Positions 1 through 6,394 of a DNA stretch of 16,024 nucleotides are shown here, piece after piece; position 1 is the stretch's first letter; each line of letters starts with the position of its first letter. Under the pieces are notes generated by a model. It ran no database searches and had not been told where the DNA came from. It saw only the letters and a list, made by a program, of their open reading frames with translations. The DNA comes from Oligoflexales bacterium (GTDB taxonomy: Bacteria; Bdellovibrionota_B; Oligoflexia; Oligoflexales; RGVZ01): contig JBIIGV010000066.1 of the NCBI GenBank assembly GCA_044236265.1, positions 1 to 16,024 of the forward strand, read 5' to 3'. Both the position numbers and the translations under genes were made by a program.

Positions 1-33
1 GTGGTAAGTCAGATGGTAACAGATTGAGATCAT
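1..33 (-). CDS. possible 5' end of a gene running off the left edge (MISICYHLTYH...)
   Basis: ATG at 33..31 on the minus strand, GAAGG SD-like sequence at 45..41, frame open to position 1. Only 11 codons are visible. Confidence 0.3.
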   Translation of the reverse strand, partial: MISICYHLTYH

Positions 34-128
34 TGGCTGACCTTCTTTTTTACCTCGCGTTGCGTTGAGAGTTAGAATTCAAGCGTCGGAGTCAACTGGT
101 TCTCGCGACAATCTCGAACAGCAAAAAC

Positions 129-764
129 TTACTTCATAAAATTATTGCAGGAATCGTTATCGATCGTAAACGTTGCGTTCCAGCGATTCCTAAATGTTGG
201 TTTATCAAGTAGCTTCAAAGCCTCCTCCCGAGGATCCTTGGGATCCATCGGATCTTCAAGAGGATCAAAAACACCGGTGTCGTCACCTGCGGGAGCCTCA
301 TCTTCGACTTTTTCAGATAATTGCATAGCACCTGTTGTATCGGGTCTGCCTTGAGAGTCTGGAACGCAGTCTTCTCCATTTTCTTTCTTACAGAAAATTC
401 CAATCAATGATCCATGAACCCTTGCCGCGCATGTGCCTTGGTAGGACTTTGGTGTTCCAAAATTCTGATAGACAGTACATGTTCCGGCTTGCGCCGACAC
501 GGCTATGCAATGATAAACCATCTCTCCAAACATTTTGACTGCTTCGTGAACGTGTTTGCCATTTAGTTTTTGAGTGGCTCTACGGTTTATGTCATCCGAT
601 AAAAAATCAAACAGTTTTGAAGCTTCGGCTGAAATCTGTCCACCACCATTAGAGCCATTCGACCCAGATGGAGTGGCCGAACCAGCTTTGTTGCGACTTG
701 TCGATTTTGGCGGAAGGCAGCCAACAAACGTTATAGCGAGGAAGGCATAAAGTAGTCGTCTCAC
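129..764 (-). CDS. hypothetical lipoprotein, about 211 aa (start re-called from 857 to GTG 764)
   Basis: GTG 764 gives MRRLLYAFLAITFVG-C16, a signal peptide II with lipobox, preceded by GGCGGG (780..775). A Ser/Gly/Asn linker follows, then a domain with 6 further Cys and an acidic segment. The track's TTG 857 lies inside the predicted promoter. Confidence 0.8.
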   Translation of the reverse strand: MRRLLYAFLAITFVGCLPPKSTSRNKAGSATPSGSNGSNGGGQISAEASKLFDFLSDDINRRATQKLNGKHVHEAVKMFGEMVYHCIAVSAQAGTCTVYQNFGTPKSYQGTCAARVHGSLIGIFCKKENGEDCVPDSQGRPDTTGAMQLSEKVEDEAPAGDDTGVFDPLEDPMDPKDPREEALKLLDKPTFRNRWNATFTIDNDSCNNFMK

Positions 765-838
765 GACGATAAAACCCGCCGAAGTAGAGGGACTAAACTT
801 GATAAAAACGCGACTTTCCACGCCGAGCTCCAAAGGTG

Positions 839-866
839 GGATCGGTATCTGAGCCAATTTTCTTTA
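839..866 (-). promoter_or_regulatory. sigma28/FliA-like promoter for the 764 lipoprotein
   Basis: Minus strand reads TAAA(866-863)-N16-ACCGATCC(846-839), similar to the sigma28 consensus TAAA-N15-GCCGATAA. Same spacing as three other copies in the window. Confidence 0.65.
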
Positions 867-943
867 ACAAAAAAGCGGGTAACCAGTTTGGCTTAAGGGG
901 CCGCCCAAAATGCCGGAGTGATGCGGGTGCGAATGATAAGCCG

Positions 944-1267
944 TTACGGATAGTTCTCCAATTTTCCTTTTACTTCAGAGCCCTTGCTTGCTGGATTTTG
1001 AAGTTCAAACGTGTTGATGGTGTAGTTGCCACTGCGGTACTTGAAAACAAGTCCCCAGTTGCCGTCGGCATCGGTGATGGTTGAATATTTTAGGCCGCCA
1101 TTTTCAATCGTCACGCCCAGTGGCTCTGGTGGTTTTGATGTAAGACGCCCAGCAAGGGTGGCGTGGCTTTGGTAAACATTGCCATAGTCTACTTTCGCCT
1201 CTGGAAGCTCTGCGAATGCCGCAGCTGACATAGACATCATGGTGAATACGGCGAAATTCTTTAGCAT
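944..1267 (-). CDS. small secreted hypothetical protein, probable beta-sandwich (prealbumin/carboxypeptidase-regulatory-like)
   Basis: AGGAG SD at 1277..1273. Signal peptide I MLKNFAVFTMMSMSAAAFA|E. TLAG...TITDADGNWGL...GNYTI pattern is typical of prealbumin-like folds (TxTDxxGxF/W). Confidence 0.8.
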   Translation of the reverse strand: MLKNFAVFTMMSMSAAAFAELPEAKVDYGNVYQSHATLAGRLTSKPPEPLGVTIENGGLKYSTITDADGNWGLVFKYRSGNYTINTFELQNPASKGSEVKGKLENYP

Positions 1268-1398
1268 AAAAACTCCTGAGTCGGGATGATGAGCTGATGG
1301 ATTGCGGACTTGAGTTTAGCCAATACGTTCAGCGATTGCCTGGGAAAGTCTTTGGGTTGCCTTTAAGGTGCTGATAATACCAGTATAAAATTATTAAC

Positions 1399-1426
1399 TA
1401 AATTATCCCATAAATTCTACCGATAT
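1399..1426 (+). promoter_or_regulatory. sigma28/FliA-like promoter for the 1458 gene
   Basis: TAAA(1399-1402)-N16-ACCGATAT(1419-1426), 31 nt before the ATG. SD AGGAG at 1447-1451. Confidence 0.7.
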
Positions 1427-1457
1427 AGCCTTCATAGGTAAAGCACAGGAGAGCAAT

Positions 1458-2801
1458 ATGATGAACACGCGAATGGTCTCGGGTTTTGCACTGGCATCTT
1501 TGTCCGTGGTATTTGGACTGTCGTCTTGTAAGCAAAAGGAAATCGATGGCGCCGCACGAATTAAGACTCTCGATAGCATCGCATCAGGTGTACTGAATAT
1601 TGACGCTTACCAGTGCAAAGGTAGCGCGTCATCGACGATTACTGATGCGAGCATCATTTTTGACAAAAACGATACCACGGCACTGTCCGAGCAGAAGAAG
1701 TCGGATCTGCGTCGCGCAGTCAAAGACTACTTCTCAGCCCTGCCTCCATCGGCAGAGGCTTTGTTTCTAAAGCTTGGCGGTCAGGTCGTAATTTCAAGTC
1801 GCTCATCAGATCTCTGCAAAAACGCTCATTTCGGAAAATCTCTGGATGCCTCCCAAGGCGAAGTTACTGACGGTTGTTTTAACTTCGTCAGTGATCCGAG
1901 TGGCAAGTCGACCCCGATTTTTACGATCGTTCAGTCTCCAGATGCTAAAAAGATCAGATATTTTGGCCCGCAAATCTTTGGCTATATGTATGCTCAGTTT
2001 TATAGTCGCTTGTCCCTTGCCTCAGGTGGAAAGGGTATCGTCATTGTTGATAAGGAAACGACCTCTTTCGTTGGACACAAAGAGCGCGTTGCAAATGCGT
2101 TCCTCAATGACTTACTTGTCATGAAAAACTATCAGTTTGATGCTTTAAAGAATCTTCTTGGCCAAAACGTAGCAAGCGAGCTTCGTAGCGGTGATACGCT
2201 GGAGCTTCTGGATCGTATCTCTGCACTCAGAGATCAGGGACGTCGCAGCCAGTTTCTCGATTATGTGTATGCAAACTCATTCCAGTCAGCTCACTGTAAC
2301 AGCACATCATTGGATGTGGCACGTCAGAAGTTTAAACAATCAAGTAACCTCTTTGCCGATATTGATGCGGCCGTGGTGGATGTTTCGAGCATTTTGATGG
2401 GTGGATCGGCTCAGTCTCGCGAGTCAGCAGCCGCTAAGTCCGGTGGCTTTGCACTGGCCGGGGGTGATCTCTTGTCGTCCGTTATGCCCTTACTAGGGAA
2501 CCTTCAATCCATGGCGGGTGGAGGTGCTGGCGGCGGAATGGGTGGCATTGCCAACTTGTTCTCGTCGCTAATGAGCGGCGCAGGTGGTGGTGGTTTGCAG
2601 TCTGTATTAGGCTCTGTGGGTGGCTTATCGAAGCTTAAAGACAGTTTTGGCGGCCTTTTCGGTGAGCTTGCGTCAGCTGGCTGTAGTGGCGGCAACTGCG
2701 GGGGTTGTAGTGGTGGTAACTGTAGCGGTGGATGCTGCTCCAACTGTGCAAATGGCAATTGCGGCGGATCCTGCGGATCCTGTTCCAGCTGTCAAAGTTA
2801 G
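1458..2801 (+). CDS. lipoprotein with degenerate ATLF/zincin-like domain and Gly-rich, Cys-rich C-terminal tail
   Basis: 447-aa ORF with AGGAG SD and lipobox LSS-C24. Central domain has FSALPPSAEALFLKLGGQVVI, PQIFGY and YVYANSFQSAHC...ARQKFKQSSNLF. Tail has 11 Cys in the last 39 aa. The CDS is secure; the domain call is by eye. Confidence 0.85.
   Translation: MMNTRMVSGFALASLSVVFGLSSCKQKEIDGAARIKTLDSIASGVLNIDAYQCKGSASSTITDASIIFDKNDTTALSEQKKSDLRRAVKDYFSALPPSAEALFLKLGGQVVISSRSSDLCKNAHFGKSLDASQGEVTDGCFNFVSDPSGKSTPIFTIVQSPDAKKIRYFGPQIFGYMYAQFYSRLSLASGGKGIVIVDKETTSFVGHKERVANAFLNDLLVMKNYQFDALKNLLGQNVASELRSGDTLELLDRISALRDQGRRSQFLDYVYANSFQSAHCNSTSLDVARQKFKQSSNLFADIDAAVVDVSSILMGGSAQSRESAAAKSGGFALAGGDLLSSVMPLLGNLQSMAGGGAGGGMGGIANLFSSLMSGAGGGGLQSVLGSVGGLSKLKDSFGGLFGELASAGCSGGNCGGCSGGNCSGGCCSNCANGNCGGSCGSCSSCQS
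2682..2798 (+). repeat. low-complexity Cys/Gly/Ser/Asn repeat (CSGGN, CGG, CSGG units) within the 1458 CDS
   Basis: Translation CSGGNCGGCSGGNCSGGCCSNCANGNCGGSCGSCSSCQS. DNA units tgtagtggcggcaac / tgtagtggtggtaac / tgtagcggtgga differ at synonymous positions. Confidence 0.85.
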
Positions 2802-2832
2802 TAGATCTTAGGTCTCAACGATTATTTACGGC

Positions 2833-4116
2833 TTATCGTTTGATAAGCCGTTTTATTTCAAGGCGGCCATCTGCTGCTAATTTGAAGCGAAGATTTTTTG
2901 GAAATACTTCTTTGGTAAATCCTTCGGATTCTTTTACGAGAGCTGCAATCTCACCAATGGGAATCCCCTCTGGTAGGACCACCGAGTTTAAAAGCACACC
3001 CGCCGGTCCAAGGTCAAGGTCTCCCACTTGCACAGATCCACCTTGGTCAGCTGCTGACTGTACAATCTCGCGCAAAGATCGACCCACGACTGCTTTAGCG
3101 AGCGTATCAATCTGCTCTTCTTCTACGGCAGCAGCAGGATCGTAATAGTTTCTACCGTCATCGACATCTAAGTAAAAGCCTTGGCTTCCGATTTGATCCA
3201 TCAGTGCATTGAATCCTTGTTGTAGCTGAGCCGATGCACCTCTGATGGCAGCCCACTTTTGGGAGTACGCATCGTTTAACTGTTCGTTGACACCACGCTG
3301 GACGACGCGACCGATAATGCCGTTTGGTGCCCTGACCCAGCGGCGGTATGCAAATGGTCTTGAGCGCGCAAGATCTGCAACGCCTTCTGCGTAGCCTTGA
3401 GAAATTTTCTGATCGGCGACCGCTCCGACGACGTTAGGGATGACTGGTAGAAATCTTGGAAGATCACCGCGATTAATCCAACCGTCATCGCCAGCAATAG
3501 TCTTAAGTGCCGGTAGCACTGACATGAGTTTTTCTTTGTCTTCTGGCTTTAGAAGCTTTTTGGTTTCAGTAATGAGACTGATGATTTTCTTTACAGTCTT
3601 TGCACGCTGCTCTTCATTTTCAGCTTCGATGTTATTACGGGCAAATTCATTAAGTTTTGCTCCGGTGGAAAGTGCTGATGATAAACTGCCGAAGAGAGCT
3701 GTTAGACCTGTGGTTGCGACGTTTTCTGCTTTGGGTTTTTTCTCGTTAGCAATGACGTTTTTAAGCGTGACGTTCGCGACTTTGGCGTCGTTTAATAGTC
3801 GCTCGGCCTCCTGGCCTTTGACATCCTCGACCATAGCCGACTCATCGAGAGCCATCTGCTCTTCAAAGCCTTTAACGCCTAAGGCGACAAGATCAGATTC
3901 CTGAGGATTTAGCCCGACTATAGTGGTATCTGCCGTACAAAGTGTTTTCGGACAGTCTGTAACCTCGTACTCGCGAAGGTCGGAGTATGCGTTTGCAGAC
4001 TTTGACTTGCCAGCGTTTGTAGTCTCACGGCTTTTACATCCAGCAATGCTGACAACTGCTAGGCAGAGGGCGGCTGTGGTCGCGGCGATAGACTTAAGAT
4101 CAATAAATTTGCGCAT
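2833..4116 (-). CDS. hypothetical lipoprotein, largely alpha-helical, 427 aa
   Basis: Long ORF with signal peptide II MRKFIDLKSIAATTAALCLAVVSIAG-C27 and a purine-rich AAGGGGA upstream. No family recognised. Confidence 0.85.
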   Translation of the reverse strand: MRKFIDLKSIAATTAALCLAVVSIAGCKSRETTNAGKSKSANAYSDLREYEVTDCPKTLCTADTTIVGLNPQESDLVALGVKGFEEQMALDESAMVEDVKGQEAERLLNDAKVANVTLKNVIANEKKPKAENVATTGLTALFGSLSSALSTGAKLNEFARNNIEAENEEQRAKTVKKIISLITETKKLLKPEDKEKLMSVLPALKTIAGDDGWINRGDLPRFLPVIPNVVGAVADQKISQGYAEGVADLARSRPFAYRRWVRAPNGIIGRVVQRGVNEQLNDAYSQKWAAIRGASAQLQQGFNALMDQIGSQGFYLDVDDGRNYYDPAAAVEEEQIDTLAKAVVGRSLREIVQSAADQGGSVQVGDLDLGPAGVLLNSVVLPEGIPIGEIAALVKESEGFTKEVFPKNLRFKLAADGRLEIKRLIKR

Positions 4117-4174
4117 ACTTTGGCCATCCCCTTGGGAAAAGGTGGGTCGAGTCCTCGTTGTTTGAGCTTCTAAA

Positions 4175-4183
4175 ATTCTATCA
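4175..4183 (-). promoter_or_regulatory. possible extended -10 sigma70-type element for the 4116 gene
   Basis: Minus strand TG-A-TAGAAT about 60 nt upstream of the ATG and downstream of the thrS terminator. No clear -35. Confidence 0.35.
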
Positions 4184-4249
4184 TATCAGGGATTTTTAAG
4201 CAGAATTGGTGAGCCTGCAAAGGTGTGGCTTGCAGCTGTTGGTCATATG

Positions 4250-4273
4250 AAAAAAGGGGGCGATAAACCCCCT
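4250..4273 (-). terminator. rho-independent terminator of thrS
   Basis: Stem AGGGGG(4255-4260)/CCCCCT(4268-4273) with a 7-nt loop. A-run at 4250-4255 gives a U-tail on the minus strand. It lies about 30 nt after the thrS stop. Confidence 0.8.
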
Positions 4274-4305
4274 ATTTCCAGAAAATTACGTGTAAAAGGC
4301 AAGCC

Positions 4306-6120
4306 TTAGATGAGAGAGCTCATGGGCTCGCGAAGCATTTTGCGCGTTTTAATCTCGTCGTGAAGCATGGACTTAAACTCAGAAACCGTCATGCTTTCTT
4401 GTTTTTCGATGCCGTAGCGGCGTACCGTCACGCGGCCTTCTTCCACCTCTTTGTTGCCAATAACCAGAGTGATCGGCGTTTTGCGGACTGTGGAGTTACG
4501 GATTTTTTTGTTAAAGCTGTTATCAGTGGTGTCAACTTCTGCGCGTACGTAAGCTGCGTGCAAATCATCAGCCAAGGTTTTGCAGAACGCTTCACAGTCT
4601 TGATTGACGGGCACCATATTGACCTGCACCGGTGCTGCCCAGGTAGGGAAAGCTCCGCCGTAGTATTCAATCAGGTAGCTAATAAAACGCTCGTGCGTTG
4701 ACAGCGGGGCGCGGTGAATAATTACTGGAGTGCCTTCGGTTCCGCCTTGCTCTGTGTACTTGAGATCAAAGTTAAGGGGGCTAAGAAAGTCCACTTGAAT
4801 GGTTGAAACGGTCTCTTCGCGGCCCATCAGGTTTCTAAACTGAATGTCCACCTTTGGTCCGTAGAAGGCTGCCTCACCCTCTCCTACGTAGTAGTCAACG
4901 CCGATGTCTTTAAGGACTTTGGCGAGCAGGGCTTCACCCTTATCCCACATGGCGGCGTCGCCTTTGAATTTATCGGCATTGTCTTTACCGCGTACAGAGA
5001 GTCTAAAGCGGTAGGATGAAAGCTTAAACGTGTCGTAGAACTCCTGATACATCTTCATCAGGTTTCTAAACTCGTCTTCAAACTGATCGAGGCGAAGATA
5101 AATGTGCGCGTCATTCATGGACATGCAGCGCACGCGAATTAGACCAGAAAGTTCTCCTGACTGTTCGTAGCGGTAGCATGTGCCGTACTCCGCAAGGCGC
5201 AACGGCAGATCGCGGTAACTACGCATGCGGCTTGCATAGATCAAATGGTGATGGGGGCAGTTCATGGGCTTTAGGAAAAACCGGGTGGCTTCCGTGCCGT
5301 CCTCATCTTTAACGATCATCGGAGGAAACATCGAGTCTTCGTAGGCCGGAAGATGCTGGCTTTTTAAATACAGATCTTGCTTGGCGATATTGGGTGTGGC
5401 TACGCGCTTATAGCCGTACTTAAACTCCATCTCTTCAGCAAATTTTTGTACTTCGTTACGGATCACGGTGCCATTCGGAAGCCAAAGGGGAAGGCCCTTT
5501 CCCACCAGGTCGTCAAACTCAAATAGATCAAGTTCTTTGCCCAGTTTTTTGTGGTCAAATTCTTCGGCCATTTTGCGGCGCTTTAGAAACTCATCAAGCT
5601 CTGGCTGCTTTTCAAAACAAAGAGCATAAATTCTGGTGAGCATCGGGCGCTTTTCGTCACCAAGCCAGTAAGCACCTGCGACGCGGTCAAGTTTAAACGC
5701 CGCACTTTGCAGCTCCTTGGTGTTCTCCACGTGAGGACCTTCGCAGAGGTCAATGAAGTTACCGTTGGTGTAGAAGCTAAAGTTTTTCTCGCCGCGTCCT
5801 GCTAGGTTTTGAATGTTTTCAATCTTATAGGGCTCGTCACGGAATTTTTTGACGGTTTCCACAGCCTGATTTTTGTCGCAGTCGATGCGTTTAAACTCTT
5901 GGCCTTGGCCAATGATTTTACGCATGCCTTTTTCAATCTCTTTGAGATCAGCTTCGTTGAAGGCTGTGCCCGAGAAATCAAAGTCGTAGTAAAACCCATG
6001 CTCAATCGGAGGACCAAATCCTAGTTTGGCGGTTGGGTATTTGGTCTGGACAGCCTGTGCAAGGACGTGGGCCATCGAGTGACGAATGCGGTAAAGGCGT
6101 GGATTATCTTTTTCTTCCAT
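4306..6120 (-). CDS. thrS: threonine--tRNA ligase (short form lacking N-terminal TGS domain)
   Basis: Editing domain RHSMAHVLAQAV...GFYYDF...DLCEGPH, DHKKLGKELDLF, Zn-site KPMNCPHH / NDAH / IHRA, GEAAFYGPKVD, and a C-terminal anticodon-binding domain. Confidence 0.98.
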   Translation of the reverse strand: MEEKDNPRLYRIRHSMAHVLAQAVQTKYPTAKLGFGPPIEHGFYYDFDFSGTAFNEADLKEIEKGMRKIIGQGQEFKRIDCDKNQAVETVKKFRDEPYKIENIQNLAGRGEKNFSFYTNGNFIDLCEGPHVENTKELQSAAFKLDRVAGAYWLGDEKRPMLTRIYALCFEKQPELDEFLKRRKMAEEFDHKKLGKELDLFEFDDLVGKGLPLWLPNGTVIRNEVQKFAEEMEFKYGYKRVATPNIAKQDLYLKSQHLPAYEDSMFPPMIVKDEDGTEATRFFLKPMNCPHHHLIYASRMRSYRDLPLRLAEYGTCYRYEQSGELSGLIRVRCMSMNDAHIYLRLDQFEDEFRNLMKMYQEFYDTFKLSSYRFRLSVRGKDNADKFKGDAAMWDKGEALLAKVLKDIGVDYYVGEGEAAFYGPKVDIQFRNLMGREETVSTIQVDFLSPLNFDLKYTEQGGTEGTPVIIHRAPLSTHERFISYLIEYYGGAFPTWAAPVQVNMVPVNQDCEAFCKTLADDLHAAYVRAEVDTTDNSFNKKIRNSTVRKTPITLVIGNKEVEEGRVTVRRYGIEKQESMTVSEFKSMLHDEIKTRKMLREPMSSLI

Positions 6121-6162
6121 GGCTAGCTAAACCCTCAGTGAATTGAGCAACTTGCGCTTGTT

Positions 6163-6173
6163 AAGATAGCACA
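6163..6173 (-). promoter_or_regulatory. possible extended -10 sigma70-type element for thrS
   Basis: Minus strand TGTG-C-TATCTT about 45 nt upstream of the ATG. GAGGG SD-like sequence near 6137..6133. Confidence 0.4.
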
Positions 6174-6300
6174 CCCATAGGCCCCGTTAAGCACTAAAAA
6201 CAAAGTCTCTCTGGCTTTGCCCAAGGCATTGGACCAATTTTCGGTCGATGAGAGGTGGGAGGGCAGATCGGCCGCGATTTAAAATACTGATTTTATTAAC

Positions 6301-6328
6301 TAAAGTAGCCAACTTCCTCTGCCGTAAT
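6301..6328 (+). promoter_or_regulatory. sigma28-like promoter, distal copy
   Basis: TAAA(6301-6304)-N16-GCCGTAAT(6321-6328). Confidence 0.5.
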
Positions 6329-6346
6329 TTTACCCCCAGATTCATC

Positions 6347-6374
6347 TAAAGCTAGGGACAAAGTCATCCGACGA
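6347..6374 (+). promoter_or_regulatory. sigma28-like promoter, proximal copy
   Basis: TAAA(6347-6350)-N16-TCCGACGA(6367-6374), 20 nt before ATG 6395. Confidence 0.55.
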
Positions 6375-6394
6375 CTCTTATACGGGGTAACAGC

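Noticed and set aside
765..857. N-terminal 31 aa of the ORF-track protein 129..857
   Set aside because: The TTG start lies within the sigma28-like promoter, and the extension would bury a clean lipoprotein signal that begins at GTG 764.
868..904. Terminator after the 944..1267 gene (GCGG...CCGC with A-run)
   Set aside because: The stem is short and the interior pairs poorly.
1278..1365. Sigma28-like promoter for the 1267 gene
   Set aside because: The best candidates (GCAA-N16-CCCGACTC; TAAA-N16-TCCCAGGC) each match only one box.
2504..2758. Pro-rich antisense ORF (PPLQLPPLQPPQ) and the overlapping 2620..2811 and 2732..3145 ORFs
   Set aside because: Shadows of the Gly/Cys-rich codons of the 1458 gene and of the 2833..4116 gene, with no independent support.
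1458..4116. Complete RiPP biosynthetic gene cluster
   Set aside because: No YcaO, dehydrogenase, lanthionine synthetase, radical SAM, peptidase or transporter gene is in the window. Only the precursor-like tail is reported.
6121..6300. T-box or tRNA-mimic operator upstream of thrS
   Set aside because: No T-box consensus or convincing structured leader is visible, and the candidate -10 implies a very short leader.
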